64,000 nt of DNA from Eledone cirrhosa (lineage: Eukaryota), in the NCBI GenBank assembly GCA_964016885.1, contig OZ024740.1, forward strand, positions 385,454,001 to 385,518,000. The letters are read 5' to 3'. The translations under genes and the position numbers were made by a program. A model generated the notes under the pieces. The model saw nothing but the letters and a program-made list of their open reading frames with translations, was not told where the DNA came from and did not search any database. Shown here one piece after another: positions 26,651 to 39,955 of the stretch. Position 1 is the first letter of the stretch. Each line of letters starts with the position of its first letter.

Positions 26651-28954
26651 CCACTGTATGTGATGTGGGCACAATGGGGGCAATAAAAAAAAGAGTGATG
26701 AGTGAGTCTGCAGTACTTGAGTGGAAATAGCATAAGACCAGCCAGCCAGCTCTGAGGAATATGCACCACTACATTAGCATTAGAAAAAGCACAGAGAAAA
26801 AACATGTCTGTGGGCCATAGACTAGGGTGTTGTTGGTGAGAAATTTCATACTAATCAGTCAAGTGATCTTTCTTTGTGTGTGATCTAGGATGTCAGTGTG
26901 TACAGTAGCTGCACTATTACAAATGTGGGATAAGTACTTCATTGAAGGTTCAGAGATATATGGCGGTCAAAGATGGATGCAATGTTAACTAAAAATTCAT
27001 GTGCTACACATTGTTTTACATATTTCTTCCAGAGAAGTTAACTGCGAAGAACTCTATTGTGCATCAATTGGTAAAGAATCTGCGGCTAGGTTCTATATTT
27101 TATGGATGCAGTTTAATGCATAGTAGCTAAAATGAGAAAACGGTGAAAGTTTAGGGAGTTGTTATCTGTGCTGAGAAAAATGTTTCATTCTTCATGGAAA
27201 AAAGCATATTGTTTGAATAATGTGCTAGCAATATAATGCCAAATAATACTGACATAAGCGGCATTGAATGTGGAAGATTTGTAAAGGATGGATGTGTGAC
27301 TGGTCTTGAGGGGCATCAACCAAAATATATGTAGGAAAGATGACTTCCTTTGTATGGACATGTGCTGACTCATAAGGACTACTTAACAAAGACATAATAA
27401 AAATTAATATGGATGGCTTTCAAAATGTTTTACCACAAAGATGCGATAACAAAAAATTGAGATGAATGGTTATATGCTATATGATAGACATGTCCAATCC
27501 ATAAGTATGATAAAATAAATGCTAGAATAATGATAGTGACATTTAACTTATTAGGCAAGTATTTTACAGTTTGATTCACATCTTATAATTAACCACTCAT
27601 CTATGAAATGAGTTTATTTCTCTTGCCATTATGTTACAATTCACACGCTGATAAAAACCAATGATTAATGCAAATTCTAAACTGTATTAACGTTATAAAG
27701 CAGTGGTCCATCTCATAAAACTGTATTTAAAGATCTATGTGTAGTATCTATGAAATTAGAGATGAGAGCAGAGAATGTGCATTGATAGTGATGATGACAT
27801 CTTTGTAAAAATCATAGCAAATAGACATAGCAAACAGTTTTACTATTGCTGATGTCATTAGAGACACAGTCTTCTTTGCCATGGCTACTTAATCCATTTT
27901 ATATGAATTAGAGTAGGTGTCATTCCTACACATATACTTAGCTATTTTGAATATTTTAACTTACTACAGCTAAAAGTTGAAGCCTGTGAAGTTCAGTTTC
28001 TGAAAGAAAATAGCTATTGGGTAAGAAATTAATGAGTGATATACATGATATATATGTTCACTGTATATTGACCTAAAATTCTAATAGTCCAAAATTACTA
28101 ACAATCCTCTGATGTCTGAGAATTATGGTGAAAATAGTGTGTAATGCCTATTTATTTAAGAAACTGATCTAGTCGGTAACTACATTATATGAAATAGATA
28201 TGATTTCTAATATGACTATAATGAATGAAAAGTTATTGCTATATTTATTTATTTTACCTATTTCTAGGATGTAATCCTAGATTTATGTGTTCTTAATAAA
28301 AGTTGAGTATATAAGCAAATATAAATCAGATATTCGCTTCAAGTTTTCATTTAATAGCTTTTAGCCTTTATCTTGCTTATAAGTGCTAGTCCACAAGATA
28401 AAGATCAATATTCTATATTTTTTGTATACTTTCACACCTATTGGGTGGAAAAAATTCTATGTTTGATCCTTTGAAGAATTTATTTTAGTGACTTGATAGA
28501 TATTCTTATTGGCAAATGTTAGACTTCATTTGTAAGCCTCTTTGTTCATAGGTAAGTTATGAAAAAAACTACAAAATAAAACAAAACAAAACCAACCATT
28601 ATTCAGTTTCCAATAATTTCACTTAATCAAAGATATTTCAATCATCAAGCGTTGTCCGAATTCTGAGCTATTAGAGCTACTATAAATGTTTTTGATTCAT
28701 CAAACTAGTTGAATCCATCCCATCACCACTCATGGAATGATTGAAAGATTGTAAAAGATTATCATCATCATTTAACGTTGGCTTTGATGGTAGCAAGGGT
28801 TGGATGAAAATACAATGTAACTGTTTCCTTTAGAAATTAGAAAGCCTATCTTCTTCAAAGTAAGAGCTTTCCTTCTAGATATACTATTCAGATTTTGCTT
28901 ACTCATACTGTTTGCTTTCATTATTGTCTTCTGATAGATTTTATTATACATTTT

Positions 28955-29045
28955 TCTTGTTGTTTAGCCCCAGGTCACCGCTGATCAAGCAAATCTATCA
29001 TGAAAGGCATTCCAGCTATGATGCTATGATCCTTCAGTCTTCTTC
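28955..29045 (-). mobile_element. 3' end of a second dispersed SINE-like family (other copies at about 24585, 35620, 41250 and 42470)
   Basis: ttgttgtttagccccaggtcaccgctgatcaagcaaatctat...aaggcattccagc is recurrent and has an (AAC)n-type tail. Confidence 0.55.
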
Positions 29046-30569
29046 TCGCATAATGTATCTATCATTTTTTTATTGTGAATATTTTGTTGAAAAAAAAAAT
29101 AAAACTAAGAAAGGACAATCATTTCTTATTGTTATTTTATTTCTCTTTACCTTTTTTACCGTTCCTCCGTTTTTTTTTTGTTTTTTTTCTTTCCATTATA
29201 TCAAAGTCGCTTTCCTTCTTTTATGGTGTTGTTTTAGGCTGAGTTTTTATTTTAGATTCATTAGTCTAACCATGAGAAATATGCCCTCTTAATGGGCAAC
29301 GTCTTCCCCTGATCAATGCATCCTAATGACTAGCCCACTAATATGAAAGTTTCTGATCCTCTGAATTTGCTGCTGACTGTATATCATCAGTATTGTTTTT
29401 ATTATATTTCACTCCCAATTCAATTCCTATATTAAATGTTTGTCCCATCTTTCTTACTTGGAGCTGCTTTTGAGTGAAAACTCTTCACCCATACTTTCCA
29501 TTTGTAGTCATCTGCAATATTTCAAATTACTGCAAACATCATTACCTCTCTATCTCCAATTAAGGTCTGTTTAAGAAAGCTGTGGGTACTGTTAATGTTT
29601 CTCAAACAACAATATCAAAGGCTTTCCATCCATGATCATTCTATACTAGGGCTATATTGGACTACATTATCTAATGTACCCTTTCCTTACTGAAAATTGT
29701 GTAATAAGGGGGAAGATTTGGCTGCTAATGTTAGTAAGTGGAGCGACCATATAGAGACTCACTCATTGGTTCAGTAGACGTGTTTAATATGGTAATTTGT
29801 TAAGTAATACACTGTTGGGATGATAAGAGGAACATGGCATGTGTATCAGATTATCATGGACAGTTGTGGTACATAATGCTACTACTATAGTCAATTCTCC
29901 TTTAAGCTAGCATTTTACATCTGTTTTTCTATGTTCACAAGAATCTGCTCCTGCACAACATCTCACCACTTATTGCAATCCCTTATTTTCTTTATTTGGT
30001 TTCATCCTGAGATCATCTTTCCCTACTTCTTTCTATATCTTCCTCATTCTTCTTTATTTTTCAGCTCTTTCTATGTGGATTACTTGACAATTATGAACTC
30101 AACTGTCATTCTACTAGGCATAATAGACTCAGTGTTTAAGACAAATAAATATTCATGCAACAACACAAGTATTGTTAGTCCATTTTCCTTGTTAAAATGA
30201 GGGTTAGCATTTTGAGCCACATAATATGCTTCATATTCATAATGGAGTTGTTATTAGGGTAATGTTTTACAGTAAGAATACTTTTCTTGTTGCCAACTCT
30301 TTTTAGTTGGTGATTATTTTAGATGCAGTGTTTTTTTAAGACAAGTAAATATTCAAGGACATAAAATTTATGGATCCATGAAATATTTATTTTAAATTTC
30401 ATTTTTAAGATCTCTAAGGTGTGAAGTGTTAGTGTATTATTGATAGTGATGTTAATTTGTACAAGATTATTTCAGGTGTATTTTATTTTATTGATTCCAT
30501 CAAGTGAGTTATTGTGCTGCCAGTGGATATTTTTCCCCAAAATTTATAATTTATTTCATTTTTGGTCTT

Positions 30570-30770
30570 TAGGTGGCAAATTGGCAGAGTTGTTAAAGCA
30601 TATCATTAAATGTCTCACTATTTGTTTGAGTTCATATCCTGCCAAGGTCAATTTTGTTTTCCATTCTTTCATGGTTGAACAATGAAATACTGTTCTTGGA
30701 GTGGTAGATTGGCAGAATTGATAAAGAGTAGTGTTAGTTAATCTGACTGCATTTTGAATTCAAGTCCTAC
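30570..30770 (+). mobile_element. Two degenerate tRNA-SINE heads
   Basis: ggtggcaaattggcagag...gagttcatatcctgccaaggtcaat and ggtagattggcagaattg...gaattcaagtcc. Confidence 0.55.
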
Positions 30771-30861
30771 CTCCTTCTACCAGGTGTTTCGACTAGGAGA
30801 TGATATCAGTAATGGAAACATTGGTCTGATATGATGATTGGCTTTTTTCCTTTCTTTTCTT

Positions 30862-31273
30862 TATAATAATTGTTTCTACTTTTTGGCACAAGGCCAGCAA
30901 TTTACCAATATAATTACTGGTACTTTATTTTATCGACCCCCGTAAGGATGAAAGGCAAAGTTAACCTCGGCAGGATTTGAACTCAGATAATAAAGGGATG
31001 TAACTATGCTGGAAAGCATGTCCAACCCTCTACCAATTCTGCCAATCCACCAATAATGGTTTCTGATTTAGGCACAATGCTAACGATTTTTGGAGATGGG
31101 GAAAGTCACTTAAATCCACCTCAGTGCATTTCTGGTACTTTATTTTTTCAACCCCATAAGTATGAAAGGCAAAGCTAACCTCAGCAGAATTTGAACTCTG
31201 ATTGTAAGGGGGTGTAACCCTATGCCATAAAGCATATTGTCTGATGCTCTACTGATACTGCCAATCTACCACC
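30862..31273 (-). mobile_element. Two tandem full-length tRNA-derived SINEs
   Basis: Each has ggcacaa..., ggtactttatttt..cgacccc..ggatgaaaggcaaag..aacctc.gcagga.ttgaactc (B box) and ctgccaatc.acc (A box). Confidence 0.85.
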
Positions 31274-31844
31274 CTTTTATTATTATAATAGAGAGCCTTT
31301 TAACAGAATGGGCCTTGGTTGTTTGAGAGGTTTGAGGTTAGCACTTGTAGGAGTCAAATTTGAGCCTGTAACCTTTTTAGCAGTAGTCTAATTCTTTGAC
31401 TTCAATTGTAATCTACTTCATGATACCTACAAAAGCAAAACAGAATTGAATATAACAAAAATATTTTTATAAATTTAACTCATTTTCTTATGTGCAATTC
31501 CCATAAGTTTTGATATCACTCTATAATCTGTTCTACACATCCACTTGCTTGAATTTGTCATCTGTTTTGGTTAGAAATGGCTGCTAACTTTTACCATATG
31601 CTCAACGTTGTGTTATTTAGTGAGATTTAGTAAGAAAACATTAAAAGATATTTCTTTTCCTTTTCAAAAAGCCATTGTCAATTTTTCCCCTTGTTTCTTT
31701 TTTCTTATAAATTAAATGTAATAGGAAAGAATAACAACTAAGAAACATATTTAGCAACACATGGAGAATTTGAGGTTGAATAATTGGTCTAATGTTCCTA
31801 TCTATTCTGCTTAGAAGTCTTTTTATATTGTTATATGCTACATA

Positions 31845-31871
31845 GTGTATGTATGTGTATTTATGAGTATG

Positions 31872-31916
<45 letters not shown>

Positions 31917-32040
31917 GTGTATGTATATACATATATATATATGTGTGTGTGTTTATGTGAGTGCATGCCTTGATATATATATGTGTCTGTGTGTGTGTTG
32001 GTATATATATATATATATGTGTGTGTGTGTATATATGAAG
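31845..32040. repeat. (TA)/(TG) microsatellite
   Basis: Direct read. Confidence 0.9.
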
Positions 32041-33854
32041 GCATACTTACTTATAAACACGCATACATATCTACACGCATACATTGCACTGTTTTTTGGG
32101 TTTTTTCTAAAACACATTTTTACGACAATATAATAAACTGTTTTATTTGTTTGTTTGTTTTTTATTTTGCATCTATTAATTTCACTTTTTTCCTCTTGAA
32201 ATAAATATCGAAAATGTCGTTTTCTTCGTGAACATGTGGCATATTCATTGCATATGCATTCTCTCTACATTCTTTTACATATGTCATAATATTTTGATCT
32301 CTTTAATTTCTTTTCCACTGAATTTGTTTCTATAAACTTCTTTAAACACATACTGACATGCACATTATATATACTAAAATCATGTTGAATTTAAAAAAAT
32401 AACTCACAAAGCACACATCTTTTCTTGTAGTATTTAAAATAAACTTAACACTAGTAACAAGTTGTTAAAATTCAAATATAGGAAGGCCTATTTTGTTGAT
32501 GCTGGTGTTGTCAACATCGTTATTTGATAGAACTGGTAGTTTAGATTTTGACTAGAGATAAAGGACAAATTTTTTTTTCTTCTTTTTTTTTGAATAAAAG
32601 CAACAAGATGGAGTTATTTTTTGACAAATTTTAAATTAGTTAAAACCATTTCCCTAATATAATGTGAAACATATAATATGGAGCACACAAATAGCTATTG
32701 TGAATATATTTCAGTAGAATAAACATTCCAGTTATGTAAATATTTAAGAAAGAGGCCATGTTCTTCAGTATAGGTTATATCTGTTTCAAACAGTAAATGC
32801 CATGTCTAAAGATTTATTCATTGGCATTTATTTTGAGTTCTAATAACACAACCCTTTTATTTCTATTTCACAGTCATTGGTTATTGACCCTTATTTTTAA
32901 ACAAATAAATAAATTAAAAAAATAAAGTGAGAAATCCCAAGTCATTTTAGGCATGATTTGAACCGAATAATAGTAGGCATTTACATACAAAGATATCACA
33001 GTAACAGCATGCTGAACAGCTTTGCCAGTTTAATTGATCCATGATGATAAATCTTCTAACTAGATCTGAAGCATTATTTTTGTAAGCAATACATCCGTTT
33101 TTCTGAGAGATATAATTCAACATATGCACCATTGATACAAATTCACAACTTATTTGACATGATCCCTATACTCTATCTATTTAGTCATTTCTCTTCAGAT
33201 TCTAACTTATAAGAATCAAAGTTAAAACTAGCTTTGTCTTTAGACAAAAATCTTCTAATTTGGCACATCTAAGGTGTAGGTTGTCACTACAGAGCTGCAG
33301 ATGTCTGGATGTCTTATCCAAGCTTTTAGAAAAGAATTCCTGACAATTGAAAGACTATTTGTTTGATAATAAATATATCTCCTTTAATTTTGTTGTCAGT
33401 ATGTTTGGGATATAATTTCCCTCAATTCTCTATAAAATATTTTACCAATTCTAGCTAGTATGCTTTAATAGGTTAATAAACAATTATTTGTATATGCATG
33501 TACATTTCAATACTAAGGTAATTTTAAGACTGACATTAAAAAATGCACATGCTAAAGGTGTAGTTTATCAGAAACATAAAGAAACATTTCCTCCTTTGAC
33601 TGCTGCTAGTACTATCCAAAATTGACTGCTTGTTGAATTAGTTACACATTTTATGAAATCTGAAGGTAGTGAAAAGCTTCACTGACTACAGTGGGAAAGA
33701 CCAGATTAAGACTTTTTGAGGCCCTAAGCACTGAAAAGATCGTAGGGGTCCCCTTTTTGTGGGTCTTGGTTCAAGAACAGTATTGCACTATGGTCCATTG
33801 TTAATCTTGCCCTAGAAAAAAAATATGAAGCCGCACTTTACTTGAGGCTCTTCT

Positions 33855-34590
33855 CCTTCTCATTCCTGGGAGGCTCGTGGGGATAGTTTGCAGACATGCC
33901 TTCCAGAAGATTCTATCAGAAACAACCTTTCTAATTAATCCGGTTCAATCCCCAAGTGAGACCAACCAAACTCCTGAATGATATCCAACTATCTAGCTCA
34001 TGGTCTATTTCTAAGTCTCCTGCTGGTTGGCTTTGCCTATAAAATCTTTCCAGGATTCTTTCCTTAGACATTCTAATCACATGTCCATAGTATCAGAGCT
34101 GTGATCTCTTGATTCGGAGAAGTAATGGCTCTACCCAGAGTGACTCTCTGATTTCTGAACTCTATTGAGTAATGTTATTCCAAAGACCCTTTGGAGAAAA
34201 ATCCCATTTCAGCTATTTGCATGTATTCTTTTGGTCATTACCCAAGATTCATGTCCATAGATAAGGGTAGATACAATAATCATCATTATCACCACCCACC
34301 ATGTAATGTCTGCTTTCCCTGGTAGCAAGGGTTGTATAACCATAAACCAAATCCCTTCTCACCTACTTCCCTTCTTTTGATGACCAGGTGCTGAAGCTGG
34401 CACATTACTGCACCGGTTCCTGCAGTTCTTGCATTTAATTCAGCCTCCTGCCCTCCACCACTCATGAAAACAGTCCTGAGAAACTTGAACTTCTCCATGT
34501 GCTTCAGTGGAACTCCATTCTCATACAGAGTGCACTGCACTCGCTTTCTTGAGAGAGTGAGTGTTGTGAAACACAAACTGCAGATTCTTC
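33855..34590 (-). pseudogene. Decayed RTE LINE ORF2 C-terminal region
   Basis: LKHMEKFKFLRTVFMSGGGQEAELNAR, GHESWVMTKR and LLLRIKRSQL*YYGHVIRM. It is interrupted by a short tail-type insertion near 34280-34345. Confidence 0.75.
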
Positions 34591-36255
34591 AGATCAGAGA
34601 CTAATACATTATCCTCTTAGTTATTATAGCTCCTACTTGTAAGCCATAATTCTAAGATAGTGTTGTTTTCTCTCAAAGTAATCAGCCTTGTTTCTAGTTG
34701 AGAGTTAGAAACGATCAAAAGTTTTTGTCTATTCTAAAAATATCATTCACTTTTTTAAATTTTACACAGTCATTAGTTTCTAGTAAATGTTACCAAATTC
34801 ATTATGCTCTTGGGACCAACCTTACAGAAACTATACTACTTACTTGGAGTTATTCCAAATGTGTCCAGGAAAAAAACCCCTAACACATTTAATACTGTAC
34901 ATGGCAATAAAAGTAATAATCATAATTGTTATTACTTTCTTTTCCTGATATACTGAAGTTGTTAACTAAATGCCATTGCATTTAATGTCTTATTGATTTT
35001 AGTATCTCTTGGAAATCTAAGATTTAGTTCTCAGTTTAATTTCATTCTTCATTAATGCTTTTGAACCCCACTTTTTGCTCATATTTTCCATCAAAAACTT
35101 AACAATATCAGTTAAAATTGATCATTAACTGCACTAACCCTATCCAGATATTCATCTGCCAATTTAGAGCCTAATTAATGATGAAAATAGTTTCCTCGGG
35201 CTAACTAAAGTATATAAGAAGGACTTGTTCTTGAGAATCTAGTTATTGGATTTCTTCTGCAACTTATAAGTTTATTTTGTTGTTGTTTTTTCTTTTATTA
35301 AATCCATATTTCAATGCTTGAATAGATTGGTTTGTGTTGCAACAGTAGTCTGTATAGTTGGATCTTTGTAATGCTAATGACTCAACCATGAAATAAATAA
35401 GAGTGAGATATATTTTGTCAGTCATGCAAAGTGGAGCGTATAAAGTTAGGTGTCTTGTTCATTATCATAAAACCAGTAAAATTTGAACTTAGGAACATAT
35501 TGAGTCTGTAGTCTAGCATAATAACAGTACGTCAGAGCCATAATGTTTCACAATACTGCATTATGGGATTAAAACTATAAATTTATTGAGGCAAAATGAT
35601 ACATCATAGAGTATTCAATGTTGTTGTTTAACCCAAGTCAGCCCTGATTAAGCATACCTATGATCAAAGGCATTTCAGTAGTGCCTATTCCATAATTTTC
35701 TATATTTATTATTACATTTCCAATATGTGTGAGATGATTGCATTTGAAACAATACCCTATTGAATATGCCTGCTGTAGACATTATGTTATGTATGTAATG
35801 ATAGTTGCTCATGGCATGGGTTAGCAGTAGTAGGCCTGTGTTGGATTTAAAATGAATATCGATATATAACATTGAGAGATAGAAGGCTAAACAGTGCAAA
35901 ATGGACTGTAAGATGAGGTCCCAAAATATTGGACAGAAAAAAAAGAAAAAACAAAACAAATACTACCAGGTAATTTACTTTTCGTTGCCTCATCTTACAG
36001 TCCATTTTGCATTGTTCAGCCTTCTATCTCTTTCAACATTATATAGTTATATACAATACTTCAAGCAAACTACATTTTATTATATATATATATTTCTTTC
36101 GCTCTCTCTCTCTCTCTTTTTATATATAATTTTCGTTTTTATATATATATATATATATATATATTTCTTTCGTTCGCTCTCTCTCTCTCTCTTTTTATAT
36201 ATGTATATATATATATATATAAAAACGAAAATTTCGCTGTACATGGCTGAATACA

Positions 36256-36804
36256 ATAAATGTAATCTGAGTTTTTCAAATATTAACAACAACATTCGAT
36301 TCGTTTGCAATTATGCAAACAAGCCTCAACTTTTAGCCATGTCAGTAGAATGAACACTTCATTCTTGCTCTTGTGTTGGCATGTAAACAGAACTGCAGAC
36401 ACTAATGTTTCTGGGTATCACCCTTTATCAGTACAACTCACTGTTCACCTGCCAAACTGTCGGAGCTAGTGAAAATATATGCTATTTTCAAAAATACACA
36501 GTGACTGATCGGCCTGATTTGCATGTTAGCAGACTGGCTGATCAGTCAGATCTGCATATTAGCAGATCTGACTGATCAGCTAGATTTGCATATCAGCAGA
36601 CTGGCCAGTCAGTTTCGTGTATACGAGCGATAAATGGCTGGCTTTGCAAAATTCAAATAAAAATTCAAATGTTTGCATGCCAACACAAGAGCAAGAATGA
36701 AGTGTTTATTCTACTGACATGGCTATAAAATTGAGGCTTGTTTGCATAATTGCAAACGAATCGAATGTTATTATTAATATTCGAAAAACTCAGATTACAT
36801 TTAT
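36256..36804. mobile_element. Fold-back or MITE-like element with inverted arms of about 134 bp and an internal palindromic 33-bp repeat
   Basis: 36256-36389 is the reverse complement of 36670-36804 with few mismatches. (TA)n lies on both sides. Confidence 0.8.
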
Positions 36805-38210
36805 ATATATATATATGTATGTATATTTATATATATATGTATTATATATATTATATATCATCATCATCATTTTAACATCATTATATAATGTGTATGTGTG
36901 TGTAACAAATATATGCATGTAAGCCTAGTTTTATCGATCAGATGCTACATTAATGATTTGTTTTGTAAGTCAACTGTGCATTTGTGTGTATGTGTGCATT
37001 TGGCTGCAGTCAGATACTGCTTCACAACACCATATATTCACACTAACTAAATAAGGATAGTCTCTGTATATTTATAGGCTAGTGATGGTCTGCATCAACA
37101 TGAATTCAAATGTATATCCATCGTCAAAATTGCCCTGTAGTATCTCATCTGTCAGGACTAACTCCATAATCTATGATCTAATTACTTTGTCCCAAGCCTA
37201 CTCTGTTGCTACCCATCCCCCCTACCATCAGACACCTAACAGCATATTTTTCCCCACCTTCTCCTGACTGTCTCATCTATATGCATCACATGTCTACATC
37301 AATGCAGTTGTAATCTCTTTAAGTATATTGGTCAACATTGCTGAGAAAAGCAAACATATTAAATACCAACAAGAATAAACAACAAGCATAAACAAATGTG
37401 TGTGTGTATGTGTGTGTGATTGCTTGTTTGGTGAGTGAGTGAGAGAGAAATATCAACTTATTACAATAATATTTGAAGTTAGAAAATCTGTTACTGATTC
37501 TGCATTACATTCAAGCTTTCAGAAAGTTTGTTTGCATAAAGGTACATATTTCAATAGCAAGTGACCCAGTAGGGAAATTAATTAATAAAACACTTCACTA
37601 CCAACTCCACAAATCATTTTATGAAATTCATGATTCTAGTAGTAGTGGTAGTGATGGTGGTGGTAGTGGATGTAGTATCAGTGGTAATAGCAACAACTGT
37701 GATGATAATCAATGAGAAAGCATAGAGAGATATGAATGAACAATATATTGTTAGAATCATTTATCTAATTGTACACACATTGACTCAGTGAGAGGAGAAT
37801 TGTTATAGGAAATTGTACTAACTAGTGCTACTACTAGCCCTGCTACTGTTAAAACTCCATATGGAGAAATGTAAATTGATAGATAAGATTAGACAAGGAT
37901 GGAGATATGGTTATGAATATGAACATGCATTGTTTATTCTATCACATGTTTAAGTCTTTGGACTGTAGTTATGTCCAGCTGACCATAAATAAACCCTGGG
38001 ACTTATTTCAGTTTAGTACTAATTTTATCAATATTCATTTATCAAGCTGCTAAGTTATGGGGCATGAAAGGACACGACATAAACAGAAAGATACAAACAT
38101 GCATTTAAATACACACATGCATTCAGACACATATAAGATCCCATATAAGAGTGAAGCAGAAATTGTTTACTTGCTTCAACTTTTAATCTGTGCTAATAAT
38201 ATTGTTGCAT

Positions 38211-38242
<32 letters not shown>

Positions 38243-38715
38243 ACACGCACGCATGCGCACTAGCAGGAAAAATTGATGTTAAATGATGTTGATGATATAT
38301 ATATATATATATACACATATAAGACTTCTACAGTTTCTGGTGCCACGATAAAATTTATCCAGTAGATTTTCAAAAGTGATTGGCATCCAGCCATAGTAGC
38401 TATGCCAAAACTGGAACATATAAGAAAGATGTGGTCCTCAATATATCTAGGAAGGAAGTAAATACAAACAAGAATTCAGACTATAACGACCTGTTCAACC
38501 CATGCCAGCATAGAATATGAGCACAAAATGTTAGTGATATCTTTGTGTAAATGAATGGAAGAAATAATACACAAGAGTAGATTGTGATTAATACTATTGG
38601 CTGAATCATTAGCCATCACTTGCTGTTTTCTCTGTAAATTCACAATAAATGCACCCAGTACACATACAATGGCTGGTGATAGGAAAAGCCTCTACTTTGA
38701 TGCTCAACTTAATGA

Positions 38716-38890
38716 TAATAATTGTTTCTACTTTTGGCACAAGGCCAGCAATTATCCCAGAGTATTACTGGTACTTTATTTTATCGACCCCGTAAGGATG
38801 AAAGGCAAAGTTAAACTCGGCAGGATTTGAACTCAGTCCGTAAAGGGACGTAATTGTACTGCAAAGCATGACGTCCGACCCTCTACCGAT
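38716..38890 (-). mobile_element. tRNA-derived SINE (young subfamily)
   Basis: Near-identical to 30866-31030. Confidence 0.85.
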
Positions 38891-39277
38891 ACTAAATTAC
38901 AACAAACAACATGGAATAAAATTATAGTAAAATACAACAAACAGAGGAAACTAAAACTTCAACAGAATTATGGAATGTAAACTTGTGCTCAATTATTGTA
39001 TTTTACGTTTTGAAATGTTATGATTTAAGAGCTAGAATTAACTAAAATCGATCTTATCTATTATTTCACTTCTACCTTCACATGCAATATCTTCCTCATA
39101 TTCTTTCAAAATTGACTTGGCATTGACACTATCAGCTCTATCTTCACTTAGAGGAAAGTAGGCATTCCTGGTGTGCATTAAGAGTTAATTTACCAGGAAT
39201 ATGACCTGAGCAAATTCAAAGACCTAGTTAATAGTTATGCGACTTATTTTATTGACACCAAGATGATGAAAGGCAGT

Positions 39278-39709
39278 CAACCCAACTTGTAGTAGTAGAA
39301 ATATGAAGATTCATGTCAATAAGCAAATGGAATATTTAATCCAAATAAAGAGGAAAGAGTGTTGGTTAACAGCACTTGCCCAATAGATACAAGAGTGGTA
39401 GACAAAGAGCATGAGAAAATAGAAAAATGCCAAGACATAAAATGCGATATGAACAGAATCTGGAATTGCTGTAAAGTTATCATCTTAATGGTAATAGGAT
39501 CCTTACGGGCAGTGGCATGAGGTTTGAATGGTTGGTTGGAAATGTTGGATGTAGGGGTGATTTTCCTCACTTTACAGAAAGCTTGTTTGCTCAGCACAGC
39601 AAGCAGCAAGACTGTTGGATATGGCTTGCTATCTAGCAATCCCAAAACCAGTATAACAACAATGAAATACTCAGTGAGAAAAGAAATAATAAAAACAAAT
39701 AATAATAAT
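39278..39709 (+). pseudogene. R4/Dong-like non-LTR retrotransposon 3' relic (restriction-like endonuclease)
   Basis: QPNLVVVE...TCPIDTRVVDKEHEKIEKCQDIK..RIWNC..MVIGSL..LQKACLLSTA, followed by a TAA-rich tail. Confidence 0.75.
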
Positions 39710-39955
39710 GATTTCTAACATAGGCACAAGGCCAGTAATTGGGGAGGAATAATAATAATGGTTTCTGATTTAGGCAGAAAGTCGGAAATTTTTGGAGAGG
39801 TGGTATTTTATTCAAATGGTATTTTATTCTATCAACCCAGGAAGGATAAAAGGCAAAGTTGACCTAAAAAATATTTAACCTCTGAATATAAATAGTCAGA
39901 ACAAATGCTACAAAGCACAATTTGACAATGAAATGATTTTGCTAATCCTCCATTT
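39710..39955 (-). mobile_element. Degenerate tRNA SINE with duplicated 3' end
   Basis: ggcacaaggccag...atcaacccaggaaggataaaaggcaaagttgacct. Confidence 0.6.

Noticed and set aside
36503-36612. Palindromic 33-bp repeats resembling a CRISPR array
   Set aside because: No unique spacers, no cas genes, and a eukaryotic context.
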